Part shown: positions 1-13,600 of the stretch, one piece after another
Numbering within the stretch: position 1 is the first letter of the stretch
Layout of the letters: each line of letters begins with the position of its first letter
Origin: Bugula neritina
Lineage: Eukaryota; Animalia; Bryozoa
DNA length: 64,000 nt
Reading direction: 5' to 3'
Assembly: GCA_964035545.1 (NCBI GenBank)
Contig: OZ037766.1
Location: 4,392,722-4,456,721 of the forward strand
The notes under the pieces: generated by a model
Seen by the model: only the letters and a program-made list of their open reading frames with translations
Told to the model about the DNA's origin: nothing
The model's database searches: none
Position numbers and translations under genes: made by a program

Positions 1-71
1 AAATTTACTTTTCACAAGTATTTATATTATTTTAGCAACAGTATAATATAATGTGGTATGTGACTTTTCAG

Positions 72-706
72 TGGTGATATTCATCTTATATTTTGGAATA
101 TGCCTATGTATCAACGGCTCTATACCACTATACTATGAAGTGGGGTGTGAAATGGCATATCCAGCACATGAGGCAGTCGTCGGGGTATTTCTTCAAATTT
201 TGCAGCTCACAGTTATTGGCATCTACTTGCTGCTACTACTTAATGATTCTTTAGATACAAGTAAGTATAATTTCAGTGTTTATCTCATATGTACAAGTCT
301 TGCCTTAACTCCAGTAATTTATTCTGTACTTTACACTTATTTTGATGACAACTGGTAACCAAAAAATTATGTTTAGTTTCCTTGCATATTGAAGAGTATT
401 AGAAACGTTTCTTACCTTTCCCGCAAGAAACGTGTATTAATTCTGGTTCACATCCTTCGGCTACCGGAACATATATTTTTAAAAGCGAGTAAAGTAGTTC
501 TTTTTCGTTATATTATTTAAATTTGCTGTATACACAAAATCTACCATCAGTATGATTAACAAAATCATTATCAACTATAACCCACTGTTTCAGATACAGA
601 ATGGATGACATGGACGCTATTCGCTGGTACATTAGTTGCTATAGTATTATGGTTTGTCATGGATGACCGTTATCCCAGGCTGGATCTAGACAACTTCTAC
701 ACATAA
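72..706 (+). CDS. SLC49A4: SLC49A4/DIRC2-like (FLVCR family) MFS transporter, last two coding exons (72-260, 594-706); 5' part outside window
   Basis: Exon 72-260 encodes ...NGSIPLYYEVGCEMAYPAHE... (SLC49 'P.F/YE..E..YP..E' motif). GTAAGT donor at 261 and CAG acceptor at 591-593 join in phase 1 to TEWMTWTLFAGTLVAIVLWFVMDDRYPRLDLDNFYT*, matching the DIRC2-type C-terminus (W..W...Y.RL.LD). AATAAA at 716-721. Confidence 0.75.
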
Positions 707-894
707 TCAATTAGCAATAAAACTACTAAGACAGCCAGATGCCCTCCAGAAACAATATCATTGTAAGAACTCACAAACCAGTACCAAAACCTACTTCCAT
801 TAACAAAACTGTAAATATTGTCAATACTTGATTTGTGTTATAATTACAATATTTATTTTTACAAAATATTTCAATATCTTACAAATATACCAAA

Positions 895-3800
895 TCACAC
901 TTTATATTTGTGCAGTTTATTACATGTCAGTACATAAAGAGCATTGTTAGTAGCAGCCAAGCCATAGATTGTGTCACCACTATCCAATGAAATCACTTGT
1001 TGCATGGACACATGGGCTAGAGACTTGCCAGTCTTTCTGTTCCTCATATCTGTGCCGATTGTTTGCGGCTGTCTGTATATATAGACATGTTTTTCAGAAT
1101 CTGCTATGGCGACATAACTCTGACTTTCTGGACAGGAGATGAAACGTCTGTTCTGCTTTGATGCTTGAATATACCCAAGTGCATTGTGGGTAGCCGTATG
1201 AGTGGGTGGGTCATCAGCACCAGCAGACGGGCTCCAGACTATGCCGTCCACGTCGTGACGCGTACACAACTGTGCTGGTAGATTTAACACTGGAGGTCTA
1301 TTAAACAGCCAGCTGTACCCCGTCATGTTGGTCTACAAGTTAACACACACAATACCACACAATATCATACAACATGGCCTAAGCCAACACCTGGGGATAA
1401 TTTATTCAACTCATAGAGATCTTAAAAATTTTATAAACAACGACTAGAGATGGCCTAAGCCATAACTTGTAGGCAGCATGCTAAAGCTTAGGGTTGTTTA
1501 GATATTCAGCTTTCATGCAAGTCTTTTTCCAAATAAGGTAATGCAAATAGATTTTTTTATTAATGAGACTATTACCAAAAATTAGGTTTGAAGTAAACCT
1601 TAATATTGTTACTAATACTGACAATCTCTTTCACTTATGCAACTATCGATGTTTTTAAAAGAAGTTACATGCTAAATTTTTTTTATAAGTTTATTAAATT
1701 AAAAAATTATCGACGAACAACTAATACAAATAATTACATCTTTTATTAATATTTATTTTATATATATCTTTTGTTATTTATTAATCTTTAGAATCACTTT
1801 GTCTTTGGAAAAGAAGACAACATTGATCAAGTCCGAGAATACCAAATTATGAAATAGAATATTTACTGCTTCAACTGTTTGATAAAACAATATGGTTTTC
1901 TTTGTATTGCTGCGGATATTTGTATGTAAAAACTGTTGATTTTACTATTTTAAACCACCAGACTGAGACACTCTAAGTCCAAATGCTACTATACTGTATA
2001 CTTACTACACCTACTATACTGTATACATATACTTAATATTCCATATATATACTTACTAAAAATACTATACTGTACATATGTATACTTACCACACAAGAGG
2101 GTCTCTTAGACTTGGCTGGGATTTTACACAGGAATGTGGAGTCACCTTCTACGAGGTCGCACTCTTCCAAATCTTGTCCATTCACTGCGGACCTGCCACT
2201 TTGGTCACCGTTTTCCTAAAATATAGGAAGACCTGCAGTCACAGTGATGGTTACAATTCCTTGCTACATGTATATTATGAGTTGTATTTACGATACTTGA
2301 GCATATTCTATAGCTATAAGTTTAATAATCTCTAAGTTTATAACACAGTTCTGCATTTACGATTGAGAACAATGCTGTATATCACAGTGCACAGTACTAA
2401 CAAAAACATATTAAAGTGGCTCAAACCATCAATTAGCATTTGTAGTTTCATATAAAAACATTTAAGCTTGCTTTTCATTCTCCGAAGTCTTAGTTGTCAG
2501 AAAAATAGTTTTCAAATAAAAAACATTTTTGTATTTTTTCATATCTTCTCACATTATTTTTAAAGTAACTCAATAGATTGTTTACTAATGCTAATATATC
2601 TTAACAAATCAGGTATCTTGTTTGATTGACTGTAGATTTTATAAAATTGAAACCATGTTTCGTAATTTCTTTTTAAAACTGAAAACTCCAATAATTTTGG
2701 CAGATTACTAATACACTAACCATAGTATCAGTAGCAAGTACAACACACTAACCATAGTATCAGTAGCAAGTACAACACACTAACCATAGTATCAGTAGTA
2801 CATACAATACACTAACCATAGTATCAGTAGTACATACAATACACTAACCATAGTATCAGTGGTGAGATACGACAGGTTCTCATGTATCCTATCAGCCACA
2901 TCAGAATCGGTAATCATCTCCCCTCGACTATCACCTGACACGAGCTCAGACCACCAGTCGCCAGCTGATTTGGTCAAATACACTTCCAGTCTGAGAATGA
3001 AGATACAACACTGGTATGTCAACAGAGAATGTCAACACTCACAAATAATAATGATACTGTGTGTGTATAATAATTCCCATATTGTATGGTCAACATTAGA
3101 ATTGATGTATAACAATTATATAAAAGGATCCTATAAAAAGGTTTACATAAAAAGATTAGTTGTGCAAATGCAACTAGAGGTTAGGTGTAAACTTGACAAG
3201 AGTGGCAAAGAAATTCTCAGGAAATCTAGAAAAATGTAAAAAAAGTTAACACTGCTTAGTACAAACTGTAGGGTCAATTGTTTGTTGTTCAAATTACAAC
3301 CAGAAAGACAACTCCAAAAAGCACAACAAACAGCCATACAATTATTTACACCTAGCTAGTACAACATATCTGATCAATAGACTACCTCCTGTTTCCATCA
3401 GCTAGTGTCCACGTACACTCAGAGGCTGTTATAGGGCTGAATAAATCACCACATAAGAGTTGTCTTCCTTGTACAGAAACGGCAATAGAATTCCTTGAGA
3501 AAATTATGTTCACTTCCTTTTTATCCAAGTTCTGAAAGCCTTGCAAATTGAAGGTGACTGTGATATCCTCGTCAGTTTGTAGCCACACATAAGCTGGTCC
3601 ACTGTCGTTACCTTGCGATCAATATATATACATGTTATTAGTTGTTACAAAACGTAGAAAAACTTATAATATGTAACCAAAATTCATAGTATCACCAGAG
3701 TTGCATTGTCTGTATGACATGATGTAGAACATTGAAAATAAAAATGTGTGCAGAATATTTTGAGAAAGAAACATCGATTAAAAACATCTAAAAAGGTTAG

Positions 3801-6473
3801 TTATCAGTAAAAGCAAACTCAAATTTCAAATCTATAGGTTTGGGTACAGTATCTCAATGAGCACCAACATTCCACTAAACACAGTACAAACAACATTCTT
3901 TAAACTTCGTTAACTCAGTCAATTGTAAGAAATTACGGATCCTATACCTGATGATTGCTTTAAAGACACGTCACCGCCAGCAAGGCTGTCGTCTGCTGCA
4001 GAGGAGAAACTGTAAGTTTGGCTCGCTACAAATAGAGAGTCTGGAGCGCCCAGGGAGACATATTCTACGTTGTATGCAGGAAATTCTTCGGACGACTCCT
4101 CTCTCCACAAACCTTCACTTCCTGTAAGGTCAACTAATACATAACTTACTGTTTATATGTACTATTCACTAATATGTAACTTACTGTTTATATGTACTAT
4201 TCACTAATACACTACTTACTGGTTATTGTACTATTCACTAATACACTACTTACTGGTTATATGTACTACTCACTAACACACAACTTACTGGTTATGTGTA
4301 GGTACTACAATTGTCACTTACCGCACACAAGTGATATTCTAGTGATCACAGTGCGGAACCCTTTCTTCTCCCCCTCATTTTCCACAATATGTCCAGTAAC
4401 TAGGGCTATCCTCTTTTCAGAGTCCTCATTGCACTCAATACTCAGAGAATCATAAATACTGAAACCGTATTCTTTGGTCTCGCTGTGTAACACCTTCATA
4501 AATAAAATTACTTATTTATTTAAAATACTTTAGCAGATAACGAATAAATCTCATTAAGCTAATTATCAACTTGATAAAAGAAAAGAGTTAACTGATATTA
4601 TTTTTTATTTCAATCAATTAAGTAAATTGAAATTTAATTAATAATAAATTAAATCAATTAAATTGATAAAAAATAAATATCATAGGCCTAATGCTGTCAA
4701 GTAAACCTGCTATAGTAGGCATCAACCACTTGGAGCAGTATTACTTTTGTAGAGTAAAAAACTCCCATATGTAATGCCTACTGCTCATCATTTCTTATTA
4801 CAGCATCAGTAAACTTACACTCCATGTTTGCTGAAGGTTTCTGTCTCCAGTTTCCAGGATATAGAAGCCGCCACAACCGTCACATAGCAAAGCCAGAGAT
4901 TCAGAAGGGAAAGTTAAGGTAGGATTATATAGGTCAATCTCAACTCCTTCTCTAGTGATGGAGGAAGGTAAGTTGTCGCACAAACTGAACACATGGGCAG
5001 CACCTTTCAAACTATTTTCCTACAGGGTAAAAAAAACTTGAATTTGATTTAAAAACTAAAAACATGAAACTTAAAAACATGGAATTAGGGTGAAAGCCAG
5101 ATGAAACTACAACATAGTTTATTTCTTGCGGCAGGTTATTGATTTGCAGCATTCATACTTTCTACAAATCAATGTTATACGCAAAGCTCCTTAGGTAAAA
5201 TAATTTGAATTCAAGCAAATTTCTGACAATATTAAATTACTAATAATAAAGTCAACAGTAACTACCACAATAATGGTTTTAAATGCCATTGAATAGCCAT
5301 CAAACCTCTCTAATAGCATTGAAACCACAGTTCATTGCTAAAGATTTGATTTAACAGCTAACGGTCTAGTTTAAATTAGATAAAATAAACATAAGCTCAC
5401 AATTATTATTGAATTAAGTAACATTTTATTCTTACCTCAGGCAGATTACAGACTGAATATACTTTCATATCTTTGGATATAAAGTAGAGAATGTTTGAGT
5501 TCCATCTCTCTTGTATTAGATGGTTATGGGAGGCAAACAATTTGACATGTTGGAGAGAATATTGATGGGAAGGGATGTTAACTATTAGTAGCTCTACAAC
5601 AAAATATTCAATCACGTCATAAACATGAATAGCAAGCAATACAAATGAGGCAGGCACTACACAGTAATGCATTGAAAAGTCCAAATGCCACTTACAACAA
5701 AAATACAAGACTTTAATGTTGCCTGTGAAAGTACTAGTGTAAACTGTACCACCACCTGTGCGTGCCAAAAAGAATAATATTCACTAAGAGTCATTGTCAT
5801 CATGCAATATCTGAAAATCAAAATTGCACAACCAACTGCTGAATTTTGAGCTAGTAATTAGAGATTTACATTAAAGTGAATTAACAATCACTTGGACTTA
5901 GCAAGAGAGTTGGTTAGCGGAGTTGAAATATTAATTTTCTGATTGATCATTTAAAAATGATTTAAAATTAATGATTTATAAATTCAAATCCGAATCGTAA
6001 GCTTAGAAATAGAATTTAACATCAACTAAAACAATAAATATTAGCTTATTAGCTATAACAATTGGAGTCTCTATTATAATATTAATTATAAATATACATC
6101 ACACTTACCACAAGTAAGCTTAATACTTATTTTATACTAATACACTTACAGTAATAGTATTACTATTACTAAAAGTTATTGAAGTATTCAAGTAATACAA
6201 ATACTAATAGTAATACTTACAGCTATGGCCTATGAGTTATGACTATGAGTTAAACTTAATGTTATAGCTTAACTTTAAGTTATTAGTTATACTGATACTC
6301 ATACCGAGTATAAGTATTAACACTACCTTATTCAATGGTAACTTATTTTTATTTTATTTACCTTCTCGCAATGGTATATTATAACCAGCAATTTTATCTA
6401 GTGACAATCTGTAACCTTCAAAATCACTGTCAAGTAACTGCCTGTTTATTTTTAAATCAATCCATTTTTCCAT
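895..6473 (-). CDS. NUDCD1: NudC domain-containing protein 1; 9 exons (6473-6362, 5593-5436, 5019-4819, 4493-4322, 4121-3948, 3611-3386, 2990-2849, 2215-2090, 1332-895), 582 aa
   Basis: Starts MEKWIDLKINRQLLDSDFEGYRLSLD (NUDCD1 N-terminus LLDxxFEGYxLSL). CS/p23 domain YVWLQTDEDITVTF...CTWTL, then QDLEECD, and C-terminal LCTRHDVDGIVW...ALGYIQASKQNRRF. All phases consistent. Confidence 0.93.
1985..2088. repeat. Degenerate minisatellite (TACTATACTGTAYAY-like) in NUDCD1 intron
   Basis: About three copies of tactatactgta(t/c)a next to the exon donor. Confidence 0.55.
2713..2860. repeat. 32-bp tandem repeat (5 copies) containing the NUDCD1 exon-7 3' end and donor
   Basis: acactaaccatagtatcagt starts at 2713, 2745, 2777, 2809, 2841. 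Confidence 0.9.
4140..4305. repeat. ~32-bp degenerate tandem repeat in NUDCD1 intron
   Basis: Unit about tactattcactaatacactacttactggttatatg, about 5 copies. Confidence 0.85.
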
Positions 6474-7672
6474 GTTTTCAATTGACTATTTTTGTTTGTT
6501 ATTCGCCTATGTTGAATTAGTTAAATTTAATACTTATAGTTGTCGTACACCCCAACTTGCCATTAAGTTTAACTATGAGTAATTGGGTGACGGTTATAAT
6601 AAATAATTAATATACCAAAGACGAATCATTGAATGAGTGTAGACACAGTATCATGCCAAATTGATGTAACGCAGCAACAGCACTTCTATTGCGAATGCAG
6701 AGCACCAGTGCAACAAATTACTGAATAATAAGAAGACAACTCGTTACAAATCTGATGTACTTAATAGATGGATATATTAATACCAACTGAAATTTCATTG
6801 TTAAAAAGATTTTAAAGCATTATTACAATTTACAATGCAGTAAATCAGACTAGCACAACTGTTATGCAGTAAATCAGGCTAGGCAACCGTTATGAGGCAA
6901 AGAGATGATTAATTGGTTGCTAGTTCATATCAAACTGGCAAATTAAATAATGCCTGACAGTAGATTTCAAATATATACACAAAGAACTTAAAAGTACATT
7001 GAAAAGATATTGTGACTTCAAAATTTTAAAGATAAGACAATATATTTGAAACAAAAATATGTTATAAATAAATTAATCCTAAAGTTTTCAGGCTCAAAGT
7101 CATCAACTTAAAATATATATTCAGCAATAAATAAAAATTCACTCTCTAAATTCTAAAATCTAACTGCCAAAATTTATTAGCTAGAGGACGGAATTAAAAA
7201 TGTTACAGAAATACAATAATAGCTGGTTGAATGGGCTTACTAACTAAAAAATAGGCATAGAAGGCATCAATTTACCACTAATATTTTCCAAGTATAAGTG
7301 TGCCACCAAAAACCCAACTACTTGAATATATTAAAAAATGCACATCAAATTTTAATTTAAGGATAAGTTTTAACTTTTCAAACTTACAAGTGGCCTCGTT
7401 TACAGCTATAGTCCTTAATTATATTATCACTTTTGGTGTTTTATTTCAAATCTAATGCCTAATAAATGTAAATACCACTTCAATAACTACAGTAAAATGT
7501 TCAAATACGAATTCTACATAAGTTCACAATTACAGCTGAAATTCTCACAGCTTATAGAAAAATAAGGCCTTCGGCAGTCATGATTGACCTAAGTTTACTT
7601 GCCTACAAAATGTCTAAATCCATGTATGTAAGCAATATAATAGCAGCTGCTATGAAAGTATAAATATGCTGA

Positions 7673-10600
7673 CTAGGAGCTCGTAGTGGGCGAGACTTGT
7701 GTCTCTGTGAACTCTATGAGGTCTAGAGGTAAGGCCTGGTTGGTGTCGTATATGACATACTCTTTAAGGGAGGAATTGTCTTCCCCTGTAACAGCTAATC
7801 TTCCTGGACACTGTAACATTAAAAAGTATAATAATGACATATATAAGCTAATCAAAAGTTAGAGCTATTTAAATTCCAAGCCACATAATGACTTGTAGAT
7901 ATATATTCATATATAGAAATATATAAATAGCCTATATATATAGATATATACAAATTAAATTTCGGCACCGTTTTATTGTTATCTAATTTAAACATTATGT
8001 CTTATTAGATTTATCTTCTCTCTGCTGACTTTTAACAAATTCTGACAAAGAAAGAAACATAATAGCAGGATACATAAAAGGTAAACTGCAAAGACATGTT
8101 AGAACTCCAAAGTATAATACTACATGGACAGAAAGGTGTGTCCTATGCTTACCAATACAGAGCAGAAGCCTTTGTCACTTGAACTACGCTGTCTATCTTT
8201 AGAGAGAAGCCTCTGATACCGTCCCACAATTACTTCAGCCACTAGCACCTTGTTAGGCTACAACAAGCACGTATACGATTTGTAGAGCTCACTCTAACAT
8301 TGTGAGTGACAATAGCTACTGGGGTATACTGTATAGCAGGCTCATAAACATCTACCAATCAGATGTCAATAATTATAAATATTCTAAAAATTAGTATACT
8401 TTTACTTACTTTGCACTAAAAGCAGAAGAATTTAATAACATTGGGTTCAACAACTTTAATCATGCAAATATTGAGTAAAATAAGATTAGGAAAAGTGATT
8501 TATTTTACTAATTTATTTCTAGGTCACCCTAGTAATTGACTAATTGACTAATCGATATATTAATTAATTTATCAGATAATCTATTTAAATATATAATAAA
8601 AAACTGGAAGTAAAATAGTTTTGCTAAGGCATTGCAATAAACAAACATTTACCTTCACATTAAACTTACCACGGAGAAGTGCACAGCCGTGGAAGCAAAA
8701 GAGGAGAAATACAGGCCTTTTCCATAATCTCCTTCTGTCAAATCTAATAGAACACAAATAGATCGGTTACCCTTAGATACACTATAGCAATTTAACATTC
8801 TACAGTCTATTATTAGATAGTTGTACCTATGTTTCGTATACATTCAGTTTTTACAGGCTTTCTTATCATTAAAAGTTGACTATTTATATGTATTATACTG
8901 TAGTTTGTAATATTTAACTGTCTCTACATAAACCACAACAGGGATATATAGCTAAATTAAAAAGAAGGCAGCTAATTTTCATACAAGGCATAACAATAAA
9001 CCAAATAAATTAGCTTTTCAATCTTATTTTCAACTACCCACCCATTTCAGAAAAACCATTCTTCAGAATATCCTTCAGCCTTTCCGGGTTCCGTTGTGAA
9101 CCGCAGTAATACAGTTTCATGACTGTGGAGTTGTCTTTCCTAGACTCCTTGTACAACTTGGCATACCTGTCCACTACTGCCTGGCTGAGAAGTGCCTGAA
9201 TAAAACAGTGAATCTTTTAAACTGATTCAGGAGATTAACATTTAAAATGAAATACATCTATTTTTATATAATACTGAGAAAATGGTCAAAAAGTAAATGA
9301 AGAGCTATCAACTTTTCAGAAAAATAAAACTAGTATTTTAAATGCATTATCTGTTGAAGTGGGATCAGCACAGTTGGACATTTGCCAAGAATCATGTCAG
9401 AATAAAATCAATAAGCAGTGAGACTCAGTCATGGAGGTGACTGAGTAGTCATAACTTAGTATCTCTCAATTCATCAGAGAAAGAGTACAAAACGCTGATT
9501 AGTGTTGTGTATGGAGACTAATGGAGAGATAATTCAGTTATACTGGGGATCACTAAAAGCAGCACAACACTGAGGGTCATTGAGTGCAATGTTACTGTCA
9601 CAACTCGATACTATTTACCACTGCACTCAGTGACCACCAACTTTGTGCTGCTTCAAGTGACTTCCGCTATACTGATGCATAATACTAACCTTAGATACAG
9701 TTGTTACAGTGTAGTTTCTGTGCATCTTTGAGTCCTGCCTCATGCTATTTTTAAAGTCTTCACAAATTCTGTGAAACTCCGCAATATCCTTACCGTGATC
9801 ATACACCTCTACTGCCGACTGCGGTACCACTATGTACCTCTTCAACTCTGCATCACAATAAGACACTAGTTTACAGTATACCAAATATAATACTACATTC
9901 AGTATAGCAGATTGGGGTTCCTTATGAAATTTTTACTTTAATTCTTCTAACCTTAGTGTTCTGAAGACCATATTATAATGTGTAAAGACACATGACACAC
10001 AGTAACCCTACATTTTTCCATATTATAATTTGTTAAATATTGACAAAGTTCAACTAGAATCTAATTTTTCTTGTCACTTCTATTCCTGGCTTACAGTATA
10101 TTATAATATTACATAATATATTATAAGTATAATGTCTAAGATTTATATTCACCACGTATACCTGATACTACTAGTCATCTTTAGATACTCAGCTTTCAAC
10201 TAGTTATGCTCTAACTAGGAGATCTATTTCACTATGCAACTAAAAACTCACACAAGTTTATAGTCACTATCCCTGTGAGAAACCCCTGGTGGAAGGGTTT
10301 TTGTTAAAGCGGGCCAAGGATTTATTTAAATGAGGCACAAGAGCAATTGTGACTGGATGCTCTTCCTAACATCACCAATGGCCTTTTTCCGGGCTGGTAC
10401 CCATGACTTCGTGATTACTAGGCAAATGCTCTAACCCCTAGACCACGGCTGCTCCCTTTCACTATACAACTAAGCACAATATTAACTGTATGAATAGGTT
10501 CACTTGTCTATACTGACTATTGCCTATAGACAGACAGAATTTCAAGAAAAAACTTACTCCAGCAAAGCATTTAGAAGAAAAAGAATAAAGGTATTTAGTT

Positions 10601-13600
10601 GATGAGTAAATATGCAACTGACATCAGCATCATGAAAAACTTTGCCGATCAAGAAATGAACACAACTAAAGCAAAGGGATGGTGAAAGCCAGGATAGAAA
10701 AACACTAACAGAAAATGTTAAAAAGTACAACAGCTATTAAAAGTTAATGAGTTTATAAATTACTAATACACCTCAAGCACTGCACTTGAGTTAACAACAG
10801 TCTTTGGTCTGTAGCTAATCTAATCCATATCACTGATCAATATACGTCATGCATCTCAGAATTTCACTATTCAACTATGATTATATATATGCATATGTAT
10901 AACCAAATAGATAGATATTCAAACAGAAATAACTTAGCAATTGAGCAGAAAGTAAAACACTATCTAAAGAACAAGTTTGTAAATAAAATAAAATAAATTG
11001 GGGATGTTGAAAGTAGCTAGTAAGCTAGTACCACAACACTTGATAACAAAGCTCAACTACCTGAATGCTTGAAACAGTCTAAAACTAACAACAGTTTGAA
11101 TGTTACTGAAAATAATAGCTACACAGATAGAGCACCAGGTTTATGTCATCTGCCTGGTTATGTCTTTAAAGACAATAAAATATATGTTTGATGGTCTAAT
11201 AAATGAAGAATTGACTAGTCAAATGCTAATTTCTGATATTCCAATTTCACTGAAATATACTTAGAGTAGAGTTGAATCTCTCCAGAAATGAGGGCATAAA
11301 TAAACCAGCTTAGTTTAAGCTTTGAAATTGTTTCACAGCATGCATTTAAAGCAGGCCTACAGGCTGACACTGCAAAGTAGCATCTTCTAGCAAGTTTCCT
11401 CTTAAATATTGTATTACTAATGCTAAATAATAACACAGCAACTAAACTATGACACCCCTAATTGCCTTGGCCATCTCAGCATTTTTTAGGATAAGAATAT
11501 GTGTACAAGTGAGCTGCATGCTTCGTCAAAGCAGAATTTTAATCCAAACTAGTTGTACCTTGATCTGAGCTAGATTGAAGAGGTGCAGATTTAGCAGTAG
11601 GGAAAATATTCGGGCCATCTCCGTCAGTATCAGCTTGGAAGTTTGACAGTATCTGATATCTGCTTAGTAAAGTGTCAGATGATGTGAATGTGTCACTGTA
11701 TGCTTCCCCACAACCTGCAAGAACATTTCATGTTAATAAAGTGTCAGATGATGTGAATGTGTCACTGTACACTTTTCAGCAACCTGTAAGAACATGTCAT
11801 GTTATTAAAGGGAATGCTTGCATGGTAGTGTCATAAGTGAATGTGTCATCAGACAACTCACAGCTATCTATAAGCATAATCGGTAAGCACACCTGTTCAG
11901 CAGTGTCATAAATCTGATAATAAAAACAAGTCAACAAAACTAAGCACAGTGTATTAACAAGCTATATATAAGCATTTCAGCTGATCTTTGATATGTGATA
12001 TTTGTAACATAGTTACTTTGCACTCACCTCCATCTGTCTGTCTGTCTGTCTGCAGAGCCAGTAGCTCTATTTTATGCATCATCAGTTGGTTCTCAGTCTT
12101 AAGCTTCTCAGTTTCTAATTGGCTGACCTTAGCCTGCAAATCTCTGATTACATCATCCTGTGAACTCACCTGCAAGAGATGCCATGCTTGCTATAGTCTA
12201 CAGATGTACTACGGATGTACTACGGATATGCTATCCGAAAAACACAACCAGTTTATAATGTTACGGAGCTACCTGCTGAACTAACTTATGAAGTTAAGCA
12301 ACTGATTATGTCTATGAGAAAATTAATTGTAGCTTATAGAAATGCAGATGTTATTCTAGGTTAGCAATTATGTAAGAGGAGTAAAGTAGTCTAGACTTCT
12401 AGTAGAGCTTCTAAGACCTGTAGATAAATTGACTTTATTAGGTGGTGTAATTAATACATGGGCTGTTTCACGGCTTGAAGTTATTGATTTATACTCAACA
12501 AGTATAACACTATTTATCTACAAAGTAAAACTAGCTCCATGAAATTTAACAATGTAATAAATTAAGAAGTCATCTTGAATGATAAAAAGTGTACCCTAGT
12601 AAAAGCTAATTGTTCCATTCTAGAATGACAACTCCAACTTTTGCAAATTTAATATTAATTACTTGAATGAGTGAATGAGTCATTTAACATAAGATGGAAT
12701 TTTTTTAGAAACGCCAAAATTTGTAGCAAGATTGTTAAGAGCTGTTAGACAAACACACCTCTGAAGCAAACCCTGTAAGAATGTATTGTCAACTCACCAT
12801 CGACCTGAGCCGAATCATCTCTGATTTCATTCTCTCTATAATGGTCACCTGAGACTGGTACGCCTCCAAGCTGCTGTTCTTCCTGCAAGGAAATGAAGCA
12901 TTTGTTATGTTTATCATTTTATGTAATCAATAGTAAAACAAATTTATTTTAATTTACAATGTAGTTTAACTTATAACTATGGCCATCAGCGTGTTTGTTT
13001 ACATTCCTACATATTTTAGGAGTTATCTTATCACGTGAATTAAAAGTTCACCGCAGCACAATTAAGGAAGGATAATCATAAGTTTGAAAGAGGTCAAAAG
13101 GTTTTGTTTTATTTAAATACAATTTTCTATTATAAAAAACATCATAATGTTTATGGAAACAATTGACTATCCAAAATATCAGAAAATGCCTCGATATGCC
13201 AAAGTAATAATGTAAGTTGTACTGCTAAAACCATCATTACCATTTCCGTAAGTCTTTCTCAAGTGACAGAAGATCTAGGTCACTGACCTCATTGGTAACT
13301 GATTCACCTGTATAGGGCGGAATGTAGGTAAGGAGGAGACAATTTGTAAACTGCTCTGCTATTTCTCTGTAACAGATTAGATGAACTTTGTTCCCGTTCC
13401 CGTTATACTATAACAACTATGACAAATATATTACATGATGCGCTATTAGTTGTAGTGAGCGCAATGGAGTTGTGCCCACATTGCACATTCATTACTTAGT
13501 AGTTACTCAGTAATTACTCCGCCGTTAATTATTAATTAGTATGTAGCTACTTGATAGTTAGTCTGTAGCTACTTGATAATTATTTGTAATATACTCATAT

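Noticed and set aside
2713-2860. CRISPR-like repeat/spacer array
   Set aside because: Intervening sequences are repeated rather than unique, the context is a eukaryotic intron, and there are no cas genes.
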